Positions 27,451 through 42,212 of a DNA stretch of 64,000 nucleotides are shown piece by piece (positions within the stretch are counted from its first letter, which is position 1; each line of letters begins with the position of its first letter). The notes under the pieces were generated by a model. That model searched no databases and was not told the DNA's origin. It was given only the letters and a program-made list of their open reading frames with translations. This DNA is from the human T2T-CHM13v2.0 reference genome, Homo sapiens. Location: NCBI RefSeq assembly GCF_009914755.1, contig NC_060930.1; one strand, 5' to 3'. A program made the translations under genes and the position numbers.

Positions 27451-29622
27451 CTATATGAAAATTTCAAACTCTAAAGGAATACTGGAGATTGTTTTATCTT
27501 CAGACTCTTTTGATGAATGTAGAACCAGGTTCAGATCATTCAAGTAAATTCTTGCAAGGTCACAGCCATTTAATAACAGAGCTTGGGCCAAGATCCTCTC
27601 CCACAGCTATTTCCATCAGACAAAGGTCACTGATACTTTGTTATCCTGAGATATCAACTTGAATTTTTAATTAAAATAGGCCTACCCATTTCTTAAAACA
27701 ACAATAGGGTTCAATTCTTTAGAACAATAAAACTTTTGCTCACTCCAAATATTGATGGGAGTTAGTAAACTGAGGAGCTTCAATGCGAAGACTCCAGAAA
27801 CGTTCTGTGTCAAAGTCTCCACCAATGAAAATCAGAGATGTCCAGTCCAGGAACTGTAGTGTGAGGCACACAGAAGACATCTTTTATTTTGAGATTTTAA
27901 AAAAGCGACCAAATGGCTTGGTTAAAATTACAAACATATCGTAAAACGTCATGTCAAGACAAAACAGAAACAAAAAACTCCAAACATCATCTTACAGTGG
28001 CATACCAGAAAGTATTTGAAAACGGTTACATGCCATTACTTTTTCACTTTGGTAAGATGAAAACAACATGATTTTTTTTTTTCATGTGTTAACAATGTAC
28101 TCTCTCAGGCTAAGACCTTGTATTCCAAGTTGAAGCCTAGGGCAACATTTTTACAGCTGAATTATAAATCCCTGAAAATAGAGATTTATAATGGAAATTC
28201 TAGAAAACCATATCTAATAGATCTATACTACCTGGAGCCCCTTTAATGAAAGGAGCTCTGAAATTTTCTTCTGCATACCTTTGGTAGTAAGATTAAATGA
28301 TAAAAAATTCAGATGAACAATTTAAGATATAACCCTTTTTTGATACCAGTATATGTTATAGGACTCATTCACATTGAAAACAAAAAGAAAAGAATCTGTT
28401 ACAACTGGGTAGAAGAATGTAAGATATAAAAAATTCTTTGGGGAAATGATGGGTTATTAAGGTATGGACTATAATATCATCGCCAATCTATAAAACTTTT
28501 ACAACCTAGTCTTATTTGCACAGAGATTACATCCCCAAAGCTCAGTGCCAAAGACACATGTTAATAAGCTCACAACTTTTAATTAAGCAATATGTAAAAG
28601 TAGATTCCCATTAAGCTGTGATTTGTGGGCTAGTTCATTACAGTGGGCCCCAACCACCAGACACATATTCAATACAAATCAAGCAGTCTGCATATTATCC
28701 AGCTTAATGTGAACCTACCAGTGATGTTTTATTGCCAGTTCAGAAGAACAGTTCATAGAAGGTATTTTTCCCCAAAAGACTAGGACAGAGATCAAAACCT
28801 AATGAACCCATGGTGCTTGCTTAATGAAATGACTCATCTGCATTGTTTATTTGCATAACACAATAATTACTCATACAGTTAATTATCATACATCTGATTA
28901 TCTGACCTGAGGGGTTAGAGTTTTTATTGTCATAAACCCATAGAGGGCAGCCCTGGAAGTTGTTTCGGGTAGTTGGGGCAAGATTAAATTCTCTTTTATT
29001 TCAGTTTGGTTGAGAAGGAAAGTTACAGAATTAATGGTCTGGGGAGAACTGGCTAGGTGAAAAGAAAATGAGGCTGCATCTTTCCTCCATAAGGTAAATT
29101 CTGCAGGAATTAGGGTGTTAATTCTAAAAAATAGAACCATGGAATAGTGGGGAAAGAATATGACTTCATTTCATGAGGGAAAACATTTTCAGTGTAGATA
29201 AATGGCCAAGATGGATGAAAAGTTGATATATTTGACTATATAGACAACTAAAAAGTCTCTACATAAAATGCAATCATCATGCCTTCAAAAAATTTGACAT
29301 AATATCCTGAGTAAAAATATTTGAATTAATCAATATTTAATCAATAACCCAATGTATTCTTTGAATAAATATTTATTCAACAATCATTGTGTGCTGGGCA
29401 TTTTTTTAATGTATATTATCATATGTATTTATACAGACAGCTTTTTCCAAAACATTAAATTCTTATATTTTGCTTATGCTTTGTTTTAGGCTTTCTATTC
29501 AGTTCAACTGGTTTGTCTACTTATGTCTGTGCCCATAAAGTATTTTAATAATTAATGCAGTTTTTAAATACATTTAAAATTTTGTTTGCAAAGTGCTTCT
29601 TCACTCTTTCTCTTTCATTTAT

Positions 29623-29932
29623 TATTTATGTACTATATGGTTATTGTAAAAGTATTAAAAGATGTAGATACACAGAAAAGAAAATCACCTTAAATACCAA
29701 CAGATAACCTGAGTTAACACTTTAGTATCTATTTCTCCATCATTTTAATGCAAATTTATACATATGTCTGCATGCATGTAGAGAAACTTTTATAAATATA
29801 TATTTAGATTTTGAATAATCCACCTAGTTTATTTAAAACACATTACAGATATATTTCCAAGTCAATTATTAAACTGTGTCAAAAACAATGCTACGTACTA
29901 GCAAGCATTCAGCAAACTATGACTAGTAGGCT
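29623..29932 (+). repeat. dispersed ~310-bp direct repeat, copy 1 (donor)
   Basis: Near-identical to 32283-32595 (about 9 substitutions and one 3-bp indel by eye). Confidence 0.97.
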
Positions 29933-30108
29933 AAATCCAGCTCGCCACATGGTAATAAAGTTTTATCAGAACACAGCTATGCCCATTCCTTTACATGTTG
30001 TCTGGCCTTTTGTGCTATAACAAGAGAGTGGAGGAGTTGTGACAGGCCCGTAACTCTTGTAAAATCTAAAATATTATTTGGCCATTTACAGAAACAAATA
30101 TAGACCAC
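29902..30108. mobile_element. MER58A-like hAT MITE
   Basis: cagcaaactatg ... aataaagttttatcagaacacagctatgcccattcctttacatg ... aaaatctaaaatattatttggccatttacagaaa. Confidence 0.8.
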
Positions 30109-31279
30109 CACAATAAACCGTTTCTTTTTAGGGAGACTATATTCCTGCTGCACCCCATGTTTGGGACCATATGACTGAGCCCTGGCCAGTGAGACGTGGG
30201 TGGAATTGATATAGCACTTCTGGGTCTTAACATAAAAATGCCTTATATTTTAACCTCTTCTTTATCTGTGGTCATATTCCACTTCTGATTCCTAATGCTA
30301 TATGTTTGCAACATTTTTCTTTGTCAATCTTACCAGGAGAAAAAAATCAATATTGTTCTATCAATTTAAAAATCATAAATATTAATTTATATCCTTATTT
30401 TTCAGTCGATTTTCAGCTTTTGAAGGTTTATTTTTTTATTTTTTTTCCCTAAATTCTTGACTTTTGTTTTTAAATAATAAATATATTACAGCATTGGCCA
30501 CATCTCATAAGTTTTCATAAATAGCATTCTAATTGCTTCATTATCATTAATTTCTTAATAGCTTATGATTGCAATTTTTATTTCCTCTTTGGCCCACAAG
30601 TAATTTAAAAAGTTTCTCACACAGGCGTTCTGTTAATATAAACTTTCATAATTTCTTAATTGTTTTTGTGCATTATTATCTGAATATGTATTGTACAACT
30701 TCTATTTTGTACAATTGGTGATTTTTCTTTGGGTAAGAGCCCTAATGTGTGATATATTCTTATAAATGCACCAGTAGCACCAAGAAATGAGAATTTGACA
30801 TGAACATCCCTCTACATAAATTATACTATTTTTTTGTATTATTCATCTTATCTATATTAGTGGATGCCTTTAAGTTTGTCAGAATTACATTTAGTGCTTT
30901 TAAAAAATACAGCTTTCCAGGGGCTACTCATACTGTCCTAACTCAGAGTTGGTTCTAAGAGTATTTATTAAATGCTTGCCTCTAATTCCTATGAAGTAGG
31001 TGATGTTTTTATTGTCGTTTTGTTTTGCTTTTTGCTTCTCTTTTGCCTGTACTTATCTTTTCTAGCTGCTGATATAAGAATTTCTCCTCAGGAGAATTTT
31101 TGGTGATGCTTTTAAAAGGCGTGTAAGTGCTTGGTTCTCCAGTGGCTGGGCTGTGCATGGGTGAAAGACTAAAATTACGGTAAGTAGGAAGAGTTAAATT
31201 GATCTTCAGAAGAAATAATACAAGACTTAAGGGCTGTGAGACTATTAAAAGAAAAGGTTGATCAGATTTAGAGGGACCT

Positions 31280-31900
31280 CTATGGAGGGGGTAGAGTGAG
31301 ACGTAATTTTTGAATAGAGAGGTCAGTGGCAGTTTCCAATGAGAAGGTGCCATTTGCACAAGGGTGCTAAAGAGAAGCTAGCTAAGTGGACCTCTGGGAG
31401 CGCTTAGCTGTGTGGATCTCAGCTGGAACAGAAAGCATGGAGTGGTCTGCCGGGCAGAAAGAACAGGTATGTCTGGGAAATAGGAAAAAGCCAGGATGAT
31501 AGAGCAGTATGAATAAAGGCAAATACATCCATGAATGTGAAAGGAAGAGGTAATGGCTGGGTGGATTGACTGTGACTTGAGGTCCCTGTGAAAACTTTGC
31601 CTTTTATGCTAAACTAATGCAGAGTTTGAGCAACAAAGTCCCATGCTCTGACTTATTTTTGAGGGATTAGTTAATGCATTGAGAATAAGTCAATGTGGGG
31701 TGAGGACAAAGGCAAAGAAACCAATAAGAAAACTCTCACAGAAGTCCAAGAGAGCAATAATATTGGCTCACGTTTGGGTTGCAGCAGAGAACAGGGTGAC
31801 AAGTTGCCAGATTATGGATTTATTTTCAAAGCATACCCAGTAGAGTTTCTGAATGTTTGATAGCAGAGGCAGAAAGGAGCTGCTGGAATCAGTACAGTTG
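31280..31900 (-). mobile_element. L2 LINE fragment
   Basis: gagaaggtgccatttgcaca ... gaaaactttgccttttatgct ... gattatggatttattttcaaagcatacccagtagagtttctg. Confidence 0.65.
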
Positions 31901-31949
31901 TTGGTGTCTGGACCTGTCACCTTGACTGCACTCCACCTTTTTGCGACCA

Positions 31950-33095
31950 TTTAACCTACTTTGATTGTGTCAGTGGAAGGTAAGTCCTACCTGGAAATAT
32001 TAAGAGCCAGTCATGCTGCCCCCTATTGCTTTTTTTTTCTTCTGCTATGACAACTGGGGGTATCCTAGAAAGTGGTTACTTTATCAATCTGGGCACAGAG
32101 TGAAATGAAGACAACACTGTGTAGTCTAAGGGGACTTCTGATGGATGTATAGCAAGCACAAGAAATAAGTTTTCTTTTAAGCCAGCAACTGTTTTCAGCA
32201 CTAACTTGGAAGGTGAATAATGTATCTAATGAGGCTATATTGTAGGATGTGGGAGAGGTGGGAAAAATAGAATGTAGTTGCGTATTTATGTACTATATGG
32301 TTATTGTAAAAGTATTAAAAGATGTAGATACACAGAAAAGAAAATCACCTTAAATACCAACAGATAACCTGAGTTAACACTTCAGTACCTATTTCTCCAT
32401 TATTTTAATGCAAATCTATACATATGTCTGCATGCAGGTAGAGAAACTTTTATAAATATATATTTAGATTTTGAATAATAATCTAGCTAGTTTATTTAAA
32501 ACACATTACAGATATATTTCCAAATCAATTATTAAACTGTGTCAAAAACAATGCTATGTACTAGCAAGCATTCAGCAAACTATGACTAGTAGGCTGCATT
32601 TCACAGTGTACTCCAAAAATAGATGAGCTTAAAAGAAATTTGCTGATTGGCAAGCAGAAATGAAATGGGATAAAGGGAGTGGAAAAATGTTAAGAGTTGT
32701 AAGGTTGGAAGAGGTTATTGCTTTTTACCACCTACCAATACAAAATAAACTTGAGAATGCCTGTGAGGAAAGAAAGCCTTCTGGTGAGAAACAAATCAGT
32801 GGTATTCTCATTGTTACTACTACCTCTGAATGGGTTATGATATTACCGAGTTAATTTAACAGAAAAAGGCTTAGGAAAAAAAATCTCTGCCATCAATGCT
32901 TAATAAGCTCAGGGCACCTGCAATTAAGTCATGTCTAAAAAGAACTATAAGAACCATTGGCATATTCAGCTGACAAATCAGATAAATAAAAAGTTGCCTA
33001 AGGTTTTGAGATAGTTGCACTGCTGGAAAGAGCCATTAATCTAACCCAAAAGAGATTGTGGTATTTTTGATACTTAAAATGACTCCAAAAATGAG
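31950..33095 (+). mobile_element. MLT1-type MaLR LTR plus internal sequence
   Basis: LTR-like gatggatgtatagcaagcacaagaaataag, then int-like aacttggaaggtgaataatgtatctaatgag ... gatgagcttaaaagaaatttgctgattggcaagcagaaatgaaa. Confidence 0.65.
32283..32595 (+). repeat. dispersed ~310-bp direct repeat, copy 2 (inserted in MLT1-int)
   Basis: Near-identical to 29623-29932; ends after only the first ~30 bp of MER58A. Confidence 0.97.
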
Positions 33096-33118
33096 GAATC
33101 ACGTTGATGAACCCACTG

Positions 33119-34537
<1,419 letters not shown>

Positions 34538-34544
34538 TAGAAAT

Positions 34545-34849
34545 AGAAAATTATTTCTCACAGTTCTGAAGACTCCCAATTAAGATCAAGGTGCCAGCAT
34601 CTGGTGAGGGCCTTCTTGCCGAATCTTCACATGTTAGAAAGCCAAAAGGAATGAAGATTGTGACCTCACTGGCCGGAAGAGTGGAAGAGCCAAGCCAACT
34701 AACTACTGCATGAAGCTTCTTTTATAAAGACCTTAATCCCACTCACCAGGGAGTAGCACTAATGAGCTTTCACCTCTTAAAGGCCCCACCTTCTAATACT
34801 ATCATTGGCAACACCTGAATTTTGAAGGCAACACATTCGAACTGTACCA
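34545..34849 (-). mobile_element. MSTC-like MaLR LTR, missing the end nearest the L1
   Basis: attatttctcacagttctg ... aagatcaaggtgccagcatctggtgagggccttc ... cacctcttaaaggccccacc ... ggcaacacctgaatttt. Confidence 0.85.
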
Positions 34850-34864
34850 TTATCTCTTCTAATA

Positions 34865-36040
34865 AATGAGATCACTAATGAATGAAGAGAGAAAAGAGAG
34901 AACCAAGGACTGAGTCCTAGAGCACTTCAACGTTAAGAAGTAGAAGGAAAAAGAAGAATATAGCAAAGGTAACTGAGAACTGCAACCATATAGGAGGAAA
35001 AGTAAGAGTGGTGTCCTGGTAGCCAAGTGAAGAAATGGACCAAGAATAAGTGAGTGCTAAATTATGTCAAACATTTCTATGAAATCAAGTAGATTGAGGA
35101 TTGATAATTGACTATTAGATTTAGAACCTTGGGAAGGGTCATTGTGGGACTTAGTAGGAACAGTCTCCATGGAGGACAGGTGCGAAATCCTGATGAGCTG
35201 GGTTGCAGTAAGCATGGGAGGAGGGGAGTTAGAGTCAGCAAGAAGAAAGAGTTTGGAAAGACTGTTCCAAAGAGTCTTTTTACAAAGGGGAACAGAGAAA
35301 TGAGAGATGATGGAGACAATAGGGTCAAGGGGAGTAATTTCTGTTCCAAGATGGAGAAATAATAACAAATTTGTATTATCAAATGGAGAGTGAAACAATA
35401 ATAAGGTAGAAAAGAGAGAAAAGAACGGATGGAGTCAAGAAAGTGATCTAGCACCTAGTGGAGAGATCCGTTTTAGAAAAATGCATGGAGCCTTCCCCTG
35501 AAGTGAAAGCCAAAATGCAGCACCCGTGGGTGCAGGTACTGGTAGGTAGGTTCACAGCATGACAGGAAATTGTGGGGTTCCTTCCTGATTGTTTCAGTTT
35601 TCCCAAGGAAGTAGAAATCCAGCTTTTTAGTTGAGAGTGAGGCTAGAGAAAGATGTGTTTCAAGTTTGGAAATAGACAATGAAATGCAATAGATAGGGGA
35701 AGAGTGAATGAAATAAGAATATATAACATGATTACCAGGAACTGTTAAAGGCCGTTTGAGATCTATAGTCATAAATTTAGAGTAAGATTGGTCAGTGTCA
35801 ATGTCTATTTTTCTCCAGCTGCATTTAATCGCATTGGTGTAGACACAAATTAGGCACAGGTGAGTCCAGCTAGGGCCGTGGTCTCTTCAAGTGAGAAAAG
35901 GAAATGAGAGGTGAGCCGCAGGTGTAAGTTCCTAAGGAGTGATGATGTTGGATGACTATGAAAGTTAAGCTGGTTGAGAAGGAAAAAAACAAAAAGGGAC
36001 AAACCAGGGGAAAAGTGATAGACATGCAATTGACATGATT
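34865..36040 (-). mobile_element. L2 LINE fragment (probably a continuation of 31280-31900)
   Basis: aaccaaggactgagtcctagagcacttcaacgttaag ... tagatttagaaccttgggaagggtcattgtgggacttag. Confidence 0.75.
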
Positions 36041-36929
36041 TGATTTTCTGCAGCATCAAATCTGCAGTTGCAAGCCTCTGAGATGTCTTATAACTTTGCA
36101 TTTTTAGTTTTAATTTCTCATTTTTAGTTTTCATTAATCTTTCGTTCTCCGTTACTTTTCTTTTTATTTCATCCTGTTACATTTTTATGTAAGCTGGTCC
36201 ACTACTTAACAGCTTTCTGTTTCTATTTCAAAGGGGTTCTGTCTTCTAAAATATTCCCGTGTGCCACTTTTGGACATCTCTCTTCACAGATAATGTTAAC
36301 AAATATAATATAGCTTTCAGTTCCATAGGTGACACCACATACACTTTCCTAATTTCTTCAGTGGTTTTAGTGCTTAAAATTACATTTGCTGTTTCAGGAC
36401 TGATTATAAGAGTACCATGAGCTCAGAGTAGAGAATGTGGAAAATATAGAAAGAAAAGAAACTTATAAAATGTACAATATCAGCACTCACAAATAGCTAC
36501 TATCAATATATCTGTATGTGTTTTTTCAAATTTTTAAACACAATGTATTTTTTATAATTGAGACCATAGTATATGCATCTTACCTTTTTCACTCCACATT
36601 ATATTTTGAACACTTCCTCATGTAATTCTTTATGATTTGAAAATGAAACTTCAATGAGTACACAATATTACGGCATACCTGTTCTTTGTATATCTATAAC
36701 CTTCTTTACTTTTTCTTATAAAACATTTTAAATTTATTCACAAGTAGTAAAAAAATAGTATCCAATGAACTCTCACTTATCCATTACTTCGGTCCAGTGT
36801 TCCTCTTTATGCTGTGTTCTCTTTGTTCTCATTCTTCCCATGTTGCCAAAAAATCTTTCTTAGTAGTATGCAGTTTAACCATAGGATGTCCCTGGTTCAT
36901 CCATGACCTACGTTTAATTAATGGAGTCT

Positions 36930-37480
36930 GACACTAGCATGAGAAAGACAATAAATCAATGAATCAGCAACACTCTCCAGGAAAAAATAACCTAAATGGG
37001 TTACTATATAATCAAAGTGGCATTTCAAATATCAGGGAAAAAATAAACTATTTGATACACTGTGTTAAAACAATAAAGAAAAACTACAGATTAAACTACA
37101 TAAAAATTGAGAACTTCTGTATGCCAAAATATATTTAAAGCAAATGAAATACTTGCCAATCTTGGGATAATTTGGTGACATATGTGACAAAGCTTTTACT
37201 GCACTTACTATATAAAGAGCTATTACAATTCAATAAGAAAGTGAGTTCCAACAGTAAAACTATAAATTTTCATTGATCCTGTAAAATAAACATCATTTCT
37301 GATAAAATATTTTCACCTTTTCAATAAGAAAATATTTTTACAATTAATGTCCGTTAGCAGCAAAATCTGGAGAAAGAAGAGGTTAACTTAACTACCATTT
37401 ATGGTTAAAGTAGAAATTAGTATAATATTTCTGAAGTAAAATTGGTATACACTGGAATTTTAAATGAGCTACCAATTTAT
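36930..37480 (+). mobile_element. old L1M ORF2 3' remnant
   Basis: aaagtggcatttcaaatatcagggaaaaaataaactatttgatacac ... aaaattgagaacttctgt ... taaagagctattacaattcaataagaaa. Confidence 0.6.
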
Positions 37481-37501
37481 TTAATAATCTTACTTATAGA
37501 A

Positions 37502-37798
37502 GGCTGGGTGCGGTGGCTCACGCCTGTAATCCCAGCACTTTGGGAGGCCAAGGTGGGAGGATCATGAGGTCAGGAGATCGAGACCATCCTGGCTAACACA
37601 GTGAAACCCCATCTCTACTAAAAATACAAAAAATTAGCCGGGCGTGGTGGCGGGCGCCTGTAGTCCCAGCTTCTCTGGAGGCTGAGGCAGGAGAATGGTG
37701 TGAACTGGAGAGGCGGAGCTTGCAGTGAGCCGAGATTGTGCCACTGCACTCCAGCATAGGCATCACAGTGAGACTCCATCTCAATCATCATCATCATC
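37502..37798 (+). mobile_element. AluY with (ATC)n tail
   Basis: gagatcgagaccatcctggctaacac, gaatggtgtgaac and ggagcttgcagt are Y-type; TSD atcttacttatagaa. Confidence 0.96.
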
Positions 37799-38419
37799 TT
37801 ACTTATAGAAATATATTATTTCTTTCCTTTCAGTTTTTTCTTTCTTTCCATCCTTCCATCATTTTTTCTTCCCTACTACTGTCTTCCTTTTTATACTTTA
37901 CTTATTTTTTCTTTTTCTTAAGCTCAGTAATTTGCCTAGCTAATCACAGTAGCTAACAAATTTCTTTCATCCTTCATGGTATTCCTCACAACCACCCCGT
38001 GAAATGGACACTGGTAAAACCCCACCAGAGTGATTGGGTGCAACTACTTCAGATGCTTTCATGGAGACGATTGAGAAAATGATGCTACCTTCTCACATTG
38101 AGTATAGAATTAGTGGAACAACAGAATCAGGGCAACAAAATCCATTAAGAGAAAGACTGAACTGAAAGTATCAAGTCAGCTTCAAAGAGAAAGAACACTT
38201 GGTGCATGCACTCATAATGATCTGTGAACCCTGGAGCAGAGTTTTTAAGACCCCTTTAAATCCCCTTCCTGGCTGTGGAGCTCTCACATTCCGTGTGGTC
38301 AACATGGGACCAGGTGAACTCTAGTGTCAGATAGTCTTTCTCCTGGGGTGGGGTGGACAGAGTACATCAGCTCTTCAGACATACTCTCCAATTGTGCACT
38401 CTTGAACCAGGTATACATG

Positions 38420-38570
38420 CCTAATTACATCACTGGATTAGCAAATACCACTTGAGGTCTTTCAGTAAGGTTGAGTAATTTGTACGAGTCACATAATTAC
38501 TAAGCTATAGGGCAGGATTTCATCCTAGATCTAGCTCCGGAGCCCCAGATCTTAACCACTGTGCTGTACT
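38420..38570 (-). mobile_element. MIR SINE fragment
   Basis: aggttgagtaatttgtacgagtcacataattactaag ... cttaaccactgtgctgtact. Confidence 0.65.
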
Positions 38571-39360
38571 ATCTTATTCATTTCTTTATTCATTTATTCA
38601 CCTATTTATCATACAATTACTGAGCTCCTAGCTTGACCCAGACATGGGGGTCATTATCCTTGAGGAATTTATACCATTTTAGGAGAGAATTTCTGCTCCT
38701 TCCAAGGTCTCAATAAATTAAGGAATCAATAAGAGAACAGCCTTTCCATTCTAATCTATCAAATGTCCAAGATCAAGCAAATTCTCCATTCAGCAGATCC
38801 CTGTGTTCATGCCACAGACCAGTGTATCAGTGCATATTATATATATCTGGTCGTATTTAAAGCATTTCAGGCACTGGTAGAGTATGTAAGAAAACAATAC
38901 TTTTTTTTGTGAAGTAATGGAACTTTTTCTGGATCCCTGGAGGCAGAACCTAGCATCACCTGCTTCATCCCTCAGTATATCTGTTCTCCCCATCCCCTAA
39001 CTCCTCACCAGTGACAAAAGAGAAAATCTATATAAAATGCACTGTATGCAAAAGAAAAAAAAATGTGTTTTTAAAAAAGATTAGGTTTACCTTATTTCAC
39101 TCAATCACTAGCTATTTAGGACTTATCATTTGCCAGGCTCTTCACTGTTATACTAAGCAAGTTCTTAGGAGAATCTCCAAATTGGTAGTAGGTATTTTCA
39201 AATTATTGGAAGAATTCCCCAGTTGTAAGAGTTCTCATTTGAAAGGACAATTTTTCCCATCTCTAGAGGTGTTTAAGATTGAGCTAGGTGGCCAACTAGA
39301 AGTGATGGAGTAAAAGAGATTTGTGCTTCACATAGATGGCTGGCTGGACCCAAAGAACTT

Positions 39361-39491
39361 GTGTGTATGTACATGCTTATATATGTGCGTGCATGTGTGT
39401 GTGTGTGTGTGTACATAGTTTGTATATATATGTGTATATGTATATGTAAACATATGTGTATATGTATATAGAGTGCGTGCGTGTGTGTGTT
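39361..39491. repeat. compound (TG)n/(TA)n microsatellite
   Basis: Alternating purine-pyrimidine tract including about (TG)8. Confidence 0.9.
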
Positions 39492-41149
39492 TGCATTGTT
39501 AGTGACTAAAATATATAGGAAAGACCATTTTGGAGAATCTTGAATAAGAACTTATAAAACAGAAATGCCACAGTGCCATAAAAGCTTTTCCTTCTGCTTA
39601 TCCAAGCATTATCAGTTGATTTATTTAATAAAACTGAGGATGCAGACAGACTGGAAATACAGCTTCCAATAGAATGTTCTCATGTTGTGATTATGGAAGT
39701 GATAAGTAATTTGCTTTTAATGCTAGCAACATACCACTTAGCACCATACTTAACTGAAGGATGAAAATTACTCATTTTTCATCCACTTGCTTAACTGACA
39801 CTTAATATAATCTATCTGTTGTCACTGAACTTAATACAAGAAATATTTACTAGATCTCACTTTTGAATTTATAGCAGGCATTTAAAATTTTAATTTCTTC
39901 TTATTTATATTTTTATCCTTAATAGAATTGCATTCCAAATGAATAATTTATTTAGACAATAAGAGCACAGTAGGTACTAGCAAAAATAATCTATTAAAAG
40001 GTTTTTCTATTTACAGTTTTCAATTACAATCATATTTTCTACTGTATATTACTCTGTAGGAAGAACAATGTCAGTGTGAATGACACAAGTCAATTAGCAA
40101 CCAACTATAATACTAGAGATGAAGTTACCAATGAAATCACTGAGAATATACACATAAGTTTTTTGGTATTGTTTTACTAATAGAGGCCTTAAAAATAATT
40201 ATTAGTATTATAAATTATCCTCACTAGACTGAAAAAGACTGGTGACTAAATTCACAGATATGTAGTCCCTCAGAAACCTGTTCTGAATTTTGAAATAATA
40301 CTTTGCACTGTGCGTAAACACATGTACTCTCCTAAGGGGACACTGTAGCGATGCCTCTTACATTAGAACTCAGTTCTTACAGAGAATCTGTTTACAAAGA
40401 CTATACCCATCTCTCCCTATCCATGGAATTATTACTTGCGGTCCATAAAGAGTCACAGAAAATGAGAGAAATTGATTATAAGAATCAAGTTTCTTTTATC
40501 TGTCTCTATTTTTCTTAAGAAACTAAGCATACATGTACATCAAAAAAAGTCTAAATTAAATAGATTCTTTCAATGCCAGTACACAGTGTTTACTTCAGGT
40601 GTAGATTGTGTCAAATCTTATCTCAACACTGAAATGGGTGATAATACTGAGCCCTGAACCTCGGAATGGTACTTTTTAACAAAAAGAGAGAAATCATGAA
40701 AACACAGGTCAGTAAATTTCTACACACCAAACACCTATGTGTACATATATTGTTATAAAAGATTAAGACAAACTCAAGTGTTGAACCTGTTACTTAGTAC
40801 ATAGTGCCCAGTAAGAGAAGTTCAATGGCAGGGAAAACAAATATAGAAAATCAATAACAGTAACAAAATAAACTCTGCAGACTTCTATTTTAGAATATTG
40901 AACTCATGCTTCGCAATAATGTAGTAGAAGATGCCTCGGATTAGAAAATATACTGTGGCCATGGGCATTCTTCAGGTGCAGAAAATATTGCTTTTCTTTA
41001 CTCATCCTTCCACTGGGGCCACCAATTTCCTAAAGGAAACCCGCAAAAGGAAAAGTTATCAATGGACTGATTGCTGATTTCTGCGTTGCTCATTCAATTC
41101 ATTCATTTAGCACATTACACATAAATGTAAGTGAAATGTGACATATCAG

Positions 41150-41290
41150 TTTATTCTTTCATTCAACAAAAATATGCTGAGCACTTATTAATTCAGTACA
41201 GTATTAGGAAGTGGGGAGGTAACATTAAATAAAGTAGACAATGATCCCTGCCTTCATAGGCCTTAAATTTTAGTGAGGAAATTATAAATA
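41150..41290 (-). mobile_element. L2 3' tip
   Basis: ttcattcaacaaaaatatgctgagcactta ... gatccctgccttcatagg. Confidence 0.7.
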
Positions 41291-41934
41291 GAAATGACAG
41301 ACCTGCAAAATTGGCAGATATTTACTTTAATTCAGTTAAGCAAACGGCAGCTAAAAATTTACTATAGGACTTTGGATTTATTGACTTGATTTAATAATTT
41401 AGTGAAACACAGCGTAAGATGCAGAAAATCTACTTCTCTATATATATATTTGTTCCTTCCCAGGGTATTTTGTGCTGATATAGGTCTATCAGAGAATTTG
41501 TTTTAATATATCTAGCCCCATTTTTTTCTTTGTTTCTTTGTGTGGACTTATTTCTACTGTAAATAAGAGCAGAATAAAGAACCGGCCCTAATGCTATTGT
41601 TATGCCTCCTTCATGCCATCTTTCCGACATCAAATGTTTACCAAGCTCCCCCATAGTACCAAGCACTATTCCAAGTTCTGTTAATGGAAGATACATTTTA
41701 AAAGTTCTCTGTTAACAGGTAACTCACGCTGTAATGGGAAACAAAAGTGTGTAATTACTTTTACTTAATAAATCTGTTAAGTAAAAGTGGAGGTAAATAT
41801 ATAGTGAGCACAGATATAAGTATTAATATTTTCAAGAGTGGAGGGGAGGAAGGAAGGAAGTCAGTGATAGTGACTTTTAAGTATCTGAAGGAAGATTCTA
41901 GTTGTCTGAGGTGAGCAGGTGTGATAAATTAAAC

Positions 41935-42212
41935 TTTTTTTTTTTTTGAGACGGAGTCTCGCCCAGGCTGGTGTGATCTCGGCCCACTGCAACCTCTGCC
42001 TCCCAAGTTCAAGCGATTCTCTTGCCTCAGCCTCCCGAGTTGCTGGGACTACAGGCGCCTGCCACCACGCTGGGCCAATTTGTTGTATTTTTAGTAGAAA
42101 CGGGGTTTCACCATGTTAGTCTCAGGATGGTCTTGATCTCCTGACCTCATGATCCGCCCGCCTTGGCCTCCCAAAGTGCTGGGATTACAGGTGTGAGCCA
42201 CCACGTCCGGCC
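41935..42212 (-). mobile_element. AluS/Y-type with small right-arm deletions
   Basis: Antisense dimer; caggatggtcttgatctcctgacctcatgatcc; degenerate TSD ataa(a/t)ttaaact. Confidence 0.95.
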
